Source: an uncultured Gemmatimonadaceae bacterium (GTDB lineage Bacteria; Gemmatimonadota; Gemmatimonadetes; Longimicrobiales; Gaopeijiaceae). Taken from it: a stretch of DNA of 64,000 nt. Of this stretch, positions 33,978 to 43,116 are shown piece by piece. The stretch lies in the NCBI GenBank assembly GCA_964569085.1, contig CAZMTA010000009.1, positions 52,389-116,388 on the forward strand, in the 5' to 3' direction. The notes beneath the pieces were generated by a model. The model ran no database searches and was not told where the DNA came from. It was given only the letters and a program-made list of their open reading frames with translations. Both the position numbers and the translations under genes were made by a program. The stretch's first letter is position 1; each line of letters starts with the position of its first letter.

Positions 33978-36731
33978 GTGTCCAAGGACCTGGCCACCCG
34001 CTTCGACCCCCGGGCCATCGAGCCCGCCCGGTACCGCGCCTGGCAGGAAGGCGGCTACTTCCACGAGGAGCCGTCCGCGGTGACCGAGGAGGGGCGCGAC
34101 CCCTACGTCATCGTCATCCCGCCGCCCAACGTGACCGCGGTGCTCCACATGGGGCACGGCCTGAACAACACCATCCAGGACGTCCTCGTCCGGTGGCGCC
34201 GCATGCAGGGCCGCGCCGCCCTCTGGGTGCCCGGAACGGACCACGCCGGCATCGCCACGCAGAACGTGGTGGAGCGTCAGCTGGCCGCCGAGGACAAGCA
34301 CCGGGACGACCTGGGGCGTGAGGCCTTCGTCGAGCGGGTGTGGGACTTCGTGGACGAGACCGGCGGGGCCATCCTCGACCAGCTCAAGGCCATCGGCTCC
34401 TCCTGCGACTGGCGGCGGACCCGGTTCACCCTGGACGACGAGCTCAGCACGGCGGTGCGCGAGGTCTTCGTGCACCTCTACGAGAAGGGGCTGATCTACC
34501 GCGGCGAGTACATCATCAACTGGTGTCCCCGCTGCCACACGGCCCTCTCCAACGAGGAGGCCGAGGGCGCCGAGACCGCCGGACGGCTCTGGCACCTCCG
34601 CTACCCCCTGGCCGAGGACGCCTGGGGCGCCGCCGAGCAGGCCGCCGCCGCCGGCGCGACGGCGGTGGGACAGGCCGAGGACGGGAGCTGGTACATCACC
34701 GTGTCCACGACCCGGCCCGAGACGATGCTCGGCGACACGGGCGTGGCGGTCCACCCCGACGACGAGCGCTACCGGGCCCTGGTGGGCGCGGACGTGATCC
34801 TGCCGCTGGCGGAGCGGGCCATCCCCATCGTGGCCGACGAGTTCGTGGACTCGGAGTTCGGCTCCGGCATGGTGAAGGTCACCCCGGCCCACGACCCCAA
34901 CGACTTCGAGATCGCGGGGCGGACGGAGCTGGAGGTCCTGGACGTCATGACCGACAGCGCCCGCATGAACGACGCGGTGCCCGAGGCCTTCCGGGGGCTG
35001 GACCGCTTCGAGGCGCGCAAGGCCGTGCTTGCCGCGCTGGAGAAGCGCGGGCTCCGGGCGGGCGAGGACGAGCACACCCACACCGTGCCCCACTGCTACC
35101 GGTGCGACACCGTCGTGGAGCCGCGCCTGTCGCTCCAGTGGTTCGTGAAGATGAAGCCCCTGGCCGAGCCGGCCCTCCAGGCCTCCTACGACGGGACGGT
35201 GGAGTTCACGCCGCCCCGGTGGAAGAAGGTCTACGAGCACTGGATGGAGAACATCCGGGACTGGTGCATCTCCCGGCAGCTCTGGTGGGGGCACCGGATC
35301 CCCGTGTGGTACTGCGCCTGCGGCGAGGAGATCGTGGCGCGCCAGGATCCGACGGAGTGCCCGAAGTGCGGGAGCGACGAGCTGGAGCAGGACCCGGACG
35401 TCCTGGACACCTGGTTCAGCTCCTGGCTCTGGCCCTTCAGCGTGTTCGGATGGCCGGAGAAGACCGAGGACCTGAAGGCCTTCTACCCGACCCACACGCT
35501 GTCCACCGCCCCGGAGATCCTCTTCTTCTGGGTGGCCCGCATGATCATGGCGGGGTACGAGTTCATGGGCGAGGCGCCCTTCACCCAGGTGTACCTCCAC
35601 GGCACGGTCCGGGACGCCCAGGGCCGCAAGATGTCCAAGTCGCTGGGGAACGGGATCGACCCCCTGGAGGTGGTGGAGGAGCTGGGCGCCGACGCCATGC
35701 GCTTCACGCTGGTGAACCAGTGCGCCATCGGCACCGACATCTACCTGGACCACGAGGACGTGGAGGGGGCGTTCAGCAACGGGCGCAACTTCGCCAACAA
35801 GATCTGGAACGCGGGCCGCTTCGCGCTCCTCTCCATCGGCGACGGCCCGGTGCGCCCCGTGGCCGAGGTGGCCGACGACCTGGAGCTGGAGGACCGCTGG
35901 ATCCTGGCCCGGGTCAACCACGCCGTCCGGGAGACCACGCGGAACCTGGAGCGCTTCCGGCTCCACGACGTGGCCGAGGACCTCTACCACTTCTTCTGGG
36001 GCGACGTGTGCGACTGGTACCTGGAGCTGGTGAAGGCGCGCCTCGACGAGGACGCCGACCCGGCCAGCCGCGAGGCCGCCCGCTCGACGCTGGTGACGGT
36101 GCTGGACCGGGCCTTCCGGCTCCTGCACCCCATCGTCCCCTTCGTCACGGCGGAGCTCTGGAGCAAGCTGCCGTGGCCCCACGAGACCGACCGGCCCGAG
36201 GACCTCATCGTGGCCCCGTGGCCCGACGAGATCGAGGGGTGGGCGGACGAGGAGGCGGAGGCCTCCATGGGCGCGCTCCAGGAGCTGATCCAGGAGGTCC
36301 GGCGCCTCCGGAAGGAGTACGGGGTGGGCGAGGGCCAGGAGGTCACGATCCACCTGGACTCCTCCGACCCCGGGTTCCGGGACACCGTGGCCACCCAGGG
36401 CGAGGCGCTGCGGCACCTGGCCCGGGTGGGCGCGGTGGAGGCCGGAGCGGGGGAGGGGATCGGCGCGCACGCCGTCCTCTCCAACGGCGCCGAGCTCTTC
36501 CTGCCCCTGGAGGGCGTCATCGACCTGGACCGGGAGCGGGACCGCCTGGGCGGGGAGATCGAGCGCCTGGAAGGCCAGCTGGCGGGAGCCCGCAAGAAGC
36601 TGGACAACGAGCAGTTCGTGACCAAGGCGCCGGACGAGGTGGTCCAGAAGGAGCGGGACAAGGCCGCCGGGCTGGAGGAGCAGGTGGAGAAGCTGCGGGC
36701 GAAGGTGGGGGCGCTGGGAGGCTCGGCCTGA
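33978..36731 (+). CDS. valS: Valine--tRNA ligase
   Basis: The HIGH variant PPPNVTAVLHMGHG and KMSKS are present. The product also has a CP1 editing domain and a C-terminal coiled coil. Start is GTG. Confidence 0.95.
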   Translation: MSKDLATRFDPRAIEPARYRAWQEGGYFHEEPSAVTEEGRDPYVIVIPPPNVTAVLHMGHGLNNTIQDVLVRWRRMQGRAALWVPGTDHAGIATQNVVERQLAAEDKHRDDLGREAFVERVWDFVDETGGAILDQLKAIGSSCDWRRTRFTLDDELSTAVREVFVHLYEKGLIYRGEYIINWCPRCHTALSNEEAEGAETAGRLWHLRYPLAEDAWGAAEQAAAAGATAVGQAEDGSWYITVSTTRPETMLGDTGVAVHPDDERYRALVGADVILPLAERAIPIVADEFVDSEFGSGMVKVTPAHDPNDFEIAGRTELEVLDVMTDSARMNDAVPEAFRGLDRFEARKAVLAALEKRGLRAGEDEHTHTVPHCYRCDTVVEPRLSLQWFVKMKPLAEPALQASYDGTVEFTPPRWKKVYEHWMENIRDWCISRQLWWGHRIPVWYCACGEEIVARQDPTECPKCGSDELEQDPDVLDTWFSSWLWPFSVFGWPEKTEDLKAFYPTHTLSTAPEILFFWVARMIMAGYEFMGEAPFTQVYLHGTVRDAQGRKMSKSLGNGIDPLEVVEELGADAMRFTLVNQCAIGTDIYLDHEDVEGAFSNGRNFANKIWNAGRFALLSIGDGPVRPVAEVADDLELEDRWILARVNHAVRETTRNLERFRLHDVAEDLYHFFWGDVCDWYLELVKARLDEDADPASREAARSTLVTVLDRAFRLLHPIVPFVTAELWSKLPWPHETDRPEDLIVAPWPDEIEGWADEEAEASMGALQELIQEVRRLRKEYGVGEGQEVTIHLDSSDPGFRDTVATQGEALRHLARVGAVEAGAGEGIGAHAVLSNGAELFLPLEGVIDLDRERDRLGGEIERLEGQLAGARKKLDNEQFVTKAPDEVVQKERDKAAGLEEQVEKLRAKVGALGGSA

Positions 36732-38212
36732 GCGCTCCCGCCCCGTCCCCCGGGCTCCGGCGGACCCGGGCCGCCGCCGTGGCCCTCGCCGTGGCGGGGG
36801 TGGCCCTTACGGCGGCGTGCGCCCGCCAGGGCGCGCCCCCCGGGGGACCCGAGGACCGGCGTCCTCCCGTGGTCGTGGCCACCCGGCCCGACACCTTCGC
36901 GGTGGTGGACGAGGACCTCCGCACGGCCCGCTTCGTCTTCGACGAGCGGATCAGCGAACGGGTGGCCGGCGGCTCGCTGGACGACGCCGTGCTGGTCTCG
37001 CCGCGCACCGGGGAGCTCGACATCGACCACACCCGGGACGGCATCGAGATCCGCCCCGCCGGGGGCTTCCGGGAGGGGCGGGTCTACCGGATCACCCTCC
37101 TGCCGGTGATCTCGGACCTCTTCGGCAACCAGATGCGCGATCCCTTCGAGCTGGTCTTCAGCACCGGGGGCGAGCTCAACGCCTCGGCGCTGGCCGGCCT
37201 CGCCTGGGACCGGACCACCGGCGACGGCGTGCCCGACCTCACCGTGGTGGCCACCGACACCCGGGACTCCACGGAGTACGTGGCCCGCACCGACACCGGG
37301 GGCATCTACGCCTTCCGGTACCTCCCGCCGGGGCCGTACCGGGTGGTGGCGTTCCTGGACCAGGATCGGGACGACGAGGTGGACCCGCTGGAGGCCCAGG
37401 GGCAGCGCGCCGTCCAGGTACTCGGGCCGGACACGATCTTCTCGGAGATCGGCGTGCTCCAGCCCGACACCACCCCGGCGACCCTCACCGCCGCCGAGGT
37501 GCTGGACTCGGTGACGCTCACGGTGCGCTTCGACGACCTGCTGGACCCGCTGAGCCCGCTCCAGGCCGGGAACGTGAGCCTGGACGTCGTGGCCCAGGAC
37601 GACTCCCTGGCCCTGGTGCGGGACGAGGAGGGGGAGCTGGTCCTTGACCCGGCCCGGCCCGCCCCGGCCGTGGCCGCGGTCCTCCACGCGCCGGAGTACC
37701 GCCGGCGGGCGGCCCAGACCCGGGACTCGCTGGCCCGGGCCGACTCGGTGGCCCAGGTCCTCCTCGCCCGGGCCCAGGCCGCCGGGGACTCGGCGGCCCT
37801 CGACTCGCTGGTGGACCGCCGTCCGGTGGCGCCGCCCACGCCCCTCCCGGCCCGGGGCGGCGGAGGCGCCGGCGCCCCCGGTCCCGACGGGACGAGCCGG
37901 GGCCCCGACGGCCGCCCGCTCCCCGCCCAGGTCCTCGTGATCCTCCTGGAGGAGCCCCTGGTGGTGAACCGCCCCTACCGGGTGGCCGCCACCGGCGTGA
38001 CGAACCTGAGCGGCGTGCCGCTGGGCGGCGGCGCCGCGGTGGTCATCCGCACCCCGCCGGCGGAGCCACCCGCCGCCGACTCCCTGGCACCGCGCCCCGA
38101 CTCGCTGCAGGCGGTCCCGGACTCCCTGCCTCCCGGGCCCGCGCCGGACACCGTGGCTCCGGGCGGCCCGCCGGACACCCTGGCCGTCCCGGACACGGTG
38201 CGCCGACGGTGA
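36728..38212 (+). CDS. Hypothetical lipoprotein with Ig-like (SbsA-type) region and P/A-rich tail
   Basis: The signal region is RRTRAAAVALAVAGVALTAAC. No ATG/GTG/TTG precedes the charged n-region. CTG 36728 (a CTGA overlap with the valS stop) is used here; GTG 36779 is the alternative. Confidence 0.55.
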   Translation: MSAPAPSPGLRRTRAAAVALAVAGVALTAACARQGAPPGGPEDRRPPVVVATRPDTFAVVDEDLRTARFVFDERISERVAGGSLDDAVLVSPRTGELDIDHTRDGIEIRPAGGFREGRVYRITLLPVISDLFGNQMRDPFELVFSTGGELNASALAGLAWDRTTGDGVPDLTVVATDTRDSTEYVARTDTGGIYAFRYLPPGPYRVVAFLDQDRDDEVDPLEAQGQRAVQVLGPDTIFSEIGVLQPDTTPATLTAAEVLDSVTLTVRFDDLLDPLSPLQAGNVSLDVVAQDDSLALVRDEEGELVLDPARPAPAVAAVLHAPEYRRRAAQTRDSLARADSVAQVLLARAQAAGDSAALDSLVDRRPVAPPTPLPARGGGGAGAPGPDGTSRGPDGRPLPAQVLVILLEEPLVVNRPYRVAATGVTNLSGVPLGGGAAVVIRTPPAEPPAADSLAPRPDSLQAVPDSLPPGPAPDTVAPGGPPDTLAVPDTVRRR

Positions 38213-39627
38213 GCGACGACCCGCGGCGGCACCTGCCGTCGGTGGACACGCTCCTCGGCGCCGAGGCCTTCCAGGGGCTCGCGGAGCGGCACGGGCGCGC
38301 GGCGCTCCTGCGGGCGGTGCGGGCCACGCTGGAAGCCGCCCGGGCCCACCCCCCCGACGACGCCGACCCCGCCTCCCTCGCCCGCCCCGAGCGGTGGACG
38401 GCGGAGGTGATCCGGCGGCTGGAGGAGGACGCCCGGCCCTCGCTCCGCTCCGTGGTCAACGCCACCGGCGTGGTGATCCACACCAACCTGGGTCGGGCGC
38501 CCCTGGCGCGGCGGGCCCGGGACGCCATGGAGGACGCGGCCACGGGCTACGGCAACCTGGAGTACGACCTGGAGCGCGGGGAGCGGGGCTCGCGGTACGA
38601 CCACTGCGTGGACCTCCTCCGGGAGCTGACCGGCGCCGAGGACGCGCTGGTGGTGAACAACTGCGCCGCCGGGCTCATGCTCGCCCTCAACACGGTGGCG
38701 CGGGGCGGGGGCGTCCTGGTCTCCCGGGGCGAGCTGGTGGAGATCGGCGGCGGCTTCCGCGTGCCGGAGATCCTCGAGCGGTCCGGCGCCCGCCTGGTGG
38801 AGGTGGGGAGCACGAACCGGACCCGGGTGGCGGACTACGAGGCGGCGCTGGCCGAGGCGGGGAGCGCTCCGCCGGTCCAGGCCATCCTCAAGGTGCACCG
38901 CTCCAACTTCCGGATCTCCGGTTTCACCGAGGAGGCGGGGGTGGCCGAGCTGTCGGCCCTCGCGGACGGCCGCGGCCTCCCCCTGATCCACGACCTGGGC
39001 TCGGGCCTCCTGGCGGACCCCGCCGCGCTGGGCCTGCCTCCCGAGCCCCGGGCCGCCGAGTCGCTGGCCGACGGCGCGGACCTGGTGGTCGTCTCGGGGG
39101 ACAAGCTCCTGGGCGGCCCCCAGGCGGGGATCGTGGTGGGGCGGGGCGACCTGGTGGCCAGCCTGCGGCGGAACCCCATGTGCCGCGCGCTCCGCGTGGA
39201 CAAGGTCATCCTGGCCGGGCTGGAGGCCACGCTCCGCCTCTACCGGGACCCGGAGCGGGCCCTCCGGGAGATCCCGGTCCTGGCCATGCTCGCCGCCGCC
39301 CCCGACGAGCTGGAGGCCCGGGCCCGACGCCTGGTGGCGCGGCTCGAGGAGGCCGGGGTGGAAGGCGCCGAGGCCCGTCCGGGCGAGGGCGCGGTGGGCG
39401 GCGGGACCTACCCCGGCGTCCGCCTCCCCTCGTGGACGGTGCGGATCCCGCCCGGCGACGCCGGGGCCGACGCCGCGGCCGAGGGGCTCCGGCAGGGCGC
39501 GCCGCCGGTGGTGGGGCGCATCGAGGACGGCCTCCTGGTGATGGACGTCCGCACGCTGGCGCCCGGGCAGGACGAGATCCTCCTCCGGCGGCTCCTGGAG
39601 GTGGTGGGCCCCGAGGGGATCGGGTGA
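38209..39627 (+). CDS. selA: L-seryl-tRNA(Sec) selenium transferase
   Basis: GTG overlaps the upstream stop. The N-terminal motif is LPSVDTLL. VVNATGVVIHTNLGRAPL, EYDLERGERGSR and KVHRSNF are present. The PLP-lysine region is SGDKLLGGPQAG. Confidence 0.85.
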   Translation: MSDDPRRHLPSVDTLLGAEAFQGLAERHGRAALLRAVRATLEAARAHPPDDADPASLARPERWTAEVIRRLEEDARPSLRSVVNATGVVIHTNLGRAPLARRARDAMEDAATGYGNLEYDLERGERGSRYDHCVDLLRELTGAEDALVVNNCAAGLMLALNTVARGGGVLVSRGELVEIGGGFRVPEILERSGARLVEVGSTNRTRVADYEAALAEAGSAPPVQAILKVHRSNFRISGFTEEAGVAELSALADGRGLPLIHDLGSGLLADPAALGLPPEPRAAESLADGADLVVVSGDKLLGGPQAGIVVGRGDLVASLRRNPMCRALRVDKVILAGLEATLRLYRDPERALREIPVLAMLAAAPDELEARARRLVARLEEAGVEGAEARPGEGAVGGGTYPGVRLPSWTVRIPPGDAGADAAAEGLRQGAPPVVGRIEDGLLVMDVRTLAPGQDEILLRRLLEVVGPEGIG

Positions 39628-40202
39628 CGGCGACCGCCGCCGGCTCCGAGCCGGTCCGGGAGCGCCGTCCGGCGGTCTTCCTGGACCGGGACGGCACCCT
39701 CATCGAGGACGCCGACTACCTGGCCGACCCCGACGGGGTCCGCCTGATCCCCGGCGCCGTGGAGGCGCTGCGGCGGCTCCGGGACGCCGGCTACCTCCTG
39801 GTGGTGGTCACGAACCAGTCGGGCATCGCCCGAGGGCTCTACACCGAGGCCGACTACCACGCCGTGGCGGCCCGGCTGGACGCCATCCTGGAGCGGGAGG
39901 GCGTTCCCGTGGACGCCGTGAAGTACTGCCCCCACCACCCCGACGGGACCGGGCGGTGCGCCTGCCGGAAGCCCGCCGCGGGCATGTACCTGGAGGCGGC
40001 GGCGGAGCTGGACATCGACCCGGCCCGCTCCTGGTACGTGGGGGACAAGGTCACCGACGTCCTCCCGGCGGCGGAGCTGGGGGGGCGGGGGATCCTGGTG
40101 CGCACGGGGTACGGCGCCGAGCAGGAGGGGGACGCTCCGGCGGACGTGGCCGTCGTCGACGACGTGGGCGCCGCGGCGGCGCTGGTCCTCGGGGCCGGGT
40201 GA
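39624..40202 (+). CDS. gmhB: D-glycero-beta-D-manno-heptose-1,7-bisphosphate 7-phosphatase (HAD-IIIA)
   Basis: GTG overlaps the selA stop. FLDRDGTLIED, VTNQSGIARG, CPHHP...C.CRKP and YVGDKVTD are present. Confidence 0.8.
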   Translation: MTATAAGSEPVRERRPAVFLDRDGTLIEDADYLADPDGVRLIPGAVEALRRLRDAGYLLVVVTNQSGIARGLYTEADYHAVAARLDAILEREGVPVDAVKYCPHHPDGTGRCACRKPAAGMYLEAAAELDIDPARSWYVGDKVTDVLPAAELGGRGILVRTGYGAEQEGDAPADVAVVDDVGAAAALVLGAG

Positions 40203-40252
40203 CGCCCGCGCCGGGGCTCGGAATCCCTGCAACGGCGCGGATTCCGGGGCCG

Positions 40253-40281
40253 TTGACCCTCTCGGGGGCCTCCGGTAGGTT
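40253..40281 (+). promoter_or_regulatory. Sigma70-like promoter candidate: TTGACC (40253-40258), 17-nt spacer, TAGGTT (40276-40281)
   Basis: Read directly. It lies about 120 nt upstream of erpA. Confidence 0.4.
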
Positions 40282-40404
40282 TCGGGCCTTCGCCGCACCC
40301 CGGGATCAGGGGAAACCCGTGTCGCGACACCGTGTATTCAAGAACGTGACACACCTGCGCCGGGTCCCCGGCGCCACGAGTCATCCGAGGAGGACGCCCA
40401 CGGC

Positions 40405-40737
40405 ATGCTATCGCTGACCCTCACGCCCACCGCCACCGAGAAGGTGCAGGACTTCATCCAGGAGCACGGGGTGGAGACCGAGGCCGGGCTGCGCGTCGCC
40501 GTGCTCCCGGGCGGCTGCTCGGGCTTCCAGTACGGCCTCAACATCGAGGACGAGCCGGAGGAGGACGACGAGATCATGGAGATCGACGGGGTGAAGATCT
40601 TCGTCGACCCCTTCAGCGCCCAGTACCTGGACGGCGTCGAGATCGACTACGTCACCAGCTTCATGGGCCAGGGCTTCTCCTTCCGGAACCCCAACGCGGC
40701 CGGTGGATGCGGCTGCGGAAGCTCCTTCACGGTTTGA
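40405..40737 (+). CDS. erpA: Iron-sulfur cluster insertion protein (HesB/IscA/ErpA family)
   Basis: The 110-aa product contains GGCSGFQY and ends in GCGCGSSF. GAGGAGG lies upstream of the ATG. Confidence 0.88.
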   Translation: MLSLTLTPTATEKVQDFIQEHGVETEAGLRVAVLPGGCSGFQYGLNIEDEPEEDDEIMEIDGVKIFVDPFSAQYLDGVEIDYVTSFMGQGFSFRNPNAAGGCGCGSSFTV

Positions 40738-41780
40738 TCTCCCTGCCTGACAGACGTCGGGACGCGCTCCCGACGCCGCTGGACTACGCGGCCCTCCCCA
40801 AGGAGGAGCTCCGCGAGCGCATCGTGGCCCGGAAGGACGAGCTGAACGCCGTCATCCTGGGCCACAACTACCAGCGGGTCGAGATCCAGGCGGTGAGCGA
40901 CTACCTCGGCGACTCCCTGGGGCTCTCCCAGGAGGCGGCCGCCACCGACGCGGACACCATCGTCTTCTGCGGCGTCCACTTCATGGCGGAGACGGCCAAG
41001 ATCCTGTCGCCGGAGAAGCGGGTGCTCATGCCCGACCTCCGCGCCGGGTGCCCCATGGCCGACTTCGTCACCGGCCCCGCGCTGCGCCGCCTCAAGGAGC
41101 AGCGCCCCGAGGCCGCGGTGGTGGCGTACGTGAACTCCTCCGCCGAGGTGAAGGCCGAGTCCGACGTCTGCTGCACGTCGTCCAACGCGGTGACGGTGGT
41201 GGAGTCGATCCCCGAGGACCAGCCCATCATCTTCGTCCCGGACCGCAACCTGGCGCGCTACGTCCAGGAGCGGACCGGACGGGACAACATCATCGCCTGG
41301 GACGGCTACTGCTACGTCCACGACGACATGGTCCTGGAGGAGCTGGCCAGCGCGCGGAAGGAGCACCCCAACGCGCTGGTCGTCGTGCACCCCGAGGCCC
41401 GGGACGACCTCCTGCAGCAGGCGGACGTGGTGACCTCCACCGCCGGCATGGTCGACCTGGCCGCCGAGAACGACGCGGTCATCTTCGGCACCGAGCGGGG
41501 CCTGGTGGACCGTATGAAGGAGCAGTTCCCCGAGAAGACCTTCATCCCCCTCTCCGGGGCCGCGGTCTGCGGGAACATGAAGCTCAACACCCTCTCGAAG
41601 CTGGCCTGGTGCCTGGACCACGAGAAGCACGCCGTGGAGCTGGACGAGGACGTCCGCGTCCGGGCCGAGCGCGCGCTCCAGCGCATGCTCGACCTCTCCG
41701 GCGGGTGGACCGCGCCCACCGAGGAGGAGGAAGCGCTGGAGATGGCCGGCGTCCGTCCCTCGGGCTGCGGGTGCGCCTGA
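40707..41780 (+). CDS. nadA: Quinolinate synthase
   Basis: ILGHNYQ, GDSLGLS, CGVHFMAETAKIL and VNSSAEVKA are present. Start is ATG 40707 inside erpA; TTG 40734 (a TTGA overlap with the erpA stop) is the alternative. Confidence 0.88.
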   Translation: MRLRKLLHGLISLPDRRRDALPTPLDYAALPKEELRERIVARKDELNAVILGHNYQRVEIQAVSDYLGDSLGLSQEAAATDADTIVFCGVHFMAETAKILSPEKRVLMPDLRAGCPMADFVTGPALRRLKEQRPEAAVVAYVNSSAEVKAESDVCCTSSNAVTVVESIPEDQPIIFVPDRNLARYVQERTGRDNIIAWDGYCYVHDDMVLEELASARKEHPNALVVVHPEARDDLLQQADVVTSTAGMVDLAAENDAVIFGTERGLVDRMKEQFPEKTFIPLSGAAVCGNMKLNTLSKLAWCLDHEKHAVELDEDVRVRAERALQRMLDLSGGWTAPTEEEEALEMAGVRPSGCGCA

Positions 41781-41784
41781 CCTC

Positions 41785-42438
41785 GTGAAGATCCGCGCCT
41801 TCACCGGTGGCGGGTTCGCGGAGAACGGGTACCTGGCGATCTGCCCGGACACGGGCGTCGCGGTGGCCGTGGATCCCGGCGCCGCCTCCCAGGGCATGGT
41901 GGACCGCCTGCGGGAAGAGGACCTGGAGCTGGCCCACGTCCTCCTGACCCACGCCCACCTCGACCACGTCGAGGGGCTGCACAGGGTGCACGAGGCCTTC
42001 CCCGACGCCCCCATCTGGCTCCATCCGAAGGACCGCCGGCTCTTCGACGCCCTCCCGGACCAGGCGAGGGCGTTCGGGATCCCCTGGACCGAGCAGCCCG
42101 AGCCCACCGAGGCCTTCGAGCACGGCCAGCGGGTGAGCTTCGGAGCGTGCGCCTTCGACGTGCGCTTCGCCCCGGGCCACGCCCCGGGACACGTCATGCT
42201 GGTGGCCGAGGAGCACGGCCTGGCGCTGGTGGGCGACGTGATCTTCCAGCGCTCCATCGGGCGCACCGACCTCCCCGGCGGCGACTTCCGGACCCTCATG
42301 GAGTCCATCCGGGATCAGGTCCTGACGCTGCCCGACGACATGGTGCTCCACACCGGGCACGGCCCCACCACCACCGTGGGCGAGGAGCGGGAGGGAAATC
42401 CCTTCCTCATGAGCCACTTCGGAGGGGAGCTGGCGTGA
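41785..42438 (+). CDS. MBL-fold metallo-hydrolase (glyoxalase II-like)
   Basis: The THAHLDH metal motif and the later HAPGH and TGHG motifs are present. Confidence 0.8.
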   Translation: MKIRAFTGGGFAENGYLAICPDTGVAVAVDPGAASQGMVDRLREEDLELAHVLLTHAHLDHVEGLHRVHEAFPDAPIWLHPKDRRLFDALPDQARAFGIPWTEQPEPTEAFEHGQRVSFGACAFDVRFAPGHAPGHVMLVAEEHGLALVGDVIFQRSIGRTDLPGGDFRTLMESIRDQVLTLPDDMVLHTGHGPTTTVGEEREGNPFLMSHFGGELA

Positions 42439-43097
42439 GCGACGGGCGCCCCCTTCCCGCGGCGGTCTTCGCCTCGGGGGGCGGCACGAACCTCCAGAGC
42501 CTGCTCGACCACCACGCCGGGGATCCGCCGTGGCGGGTCCGTCTGGTGGTGAGCGACCGGGAGGACGCCGGGGCCCTGGAGCGGGCCCGGCGGGCCGGCG
42601 TGGCCACCCGGGTGATCCCCACCCGGGACCGCACCGCCGAGGAGATCGCCGCCGAGACCCTCGCGGCGCTGGAGGAGCACGGCGTCCGCCTGGTCTTCCT
42701 GGCCGGGTACATGAAGCTCGTGCCGCAGCCCGTGGTGGCGGCCTTCCGGGGTCGCATGCTCAACGTCCACCCCGCGCTCCTCCCCTCCTTCGGGGGGCAG
42801 GGGATGTACGGCATCCGCGTGCACCGGGCCGTGCTGGCCTCCGGCGCCCGCGTGAGCGGGCCCACGGTGCACCTGGTGGACGAGGAGTACGACCGGGGCC
42901 GCATCCTGGCCCAGTGGCCGGTGCCGGTCCTGGCCGGCGACACCCCCGAGGCGCTGGCCGCCCGGGTCCTGGAGGTGGAGCACCGGCTCTACCCCCGGAC
43001 CGCCGACCACCTGGCCCGGGCCGTCCTGGCCGGAGAGGACGCGGCGCCCCTCCCCTTCGAAGGCCCCGCCTTCGACGTCACCCCCGAATCATCCTGA
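42435..43097 (+). CDS. purN: Phosphoribosylglycinamide formyltransferase
   Basis: GTG overlaps the upstream stop. ASGGGTNLQSL, LAGYMKL, NVHPALLPSFGG and HLVDEEYDRGRIL are present. Confidence 0.9.
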   Translation: MSDGRPLPAAVFASGGGTNLQSLLDHHAGDPPWRVRLVVSDREDAGALERARRAGVATRVIPTRDRTAEEIAAETLAALEEHGVRLVFLAGYMKLVPQPVVAAFRGRMLNVHPALLPSFGGQGMYGIRVHRAVLASGARVSGPTVHLVDEEYDRGRILAQWPVPVLAGDTPEALAARVLEVEHRLYPRTADHLARAVLAGEDAAPLPFEGPAFDVTPESS

Positions 43098-43116
43098 ACC
43101 CCACCCGAGGCACATC

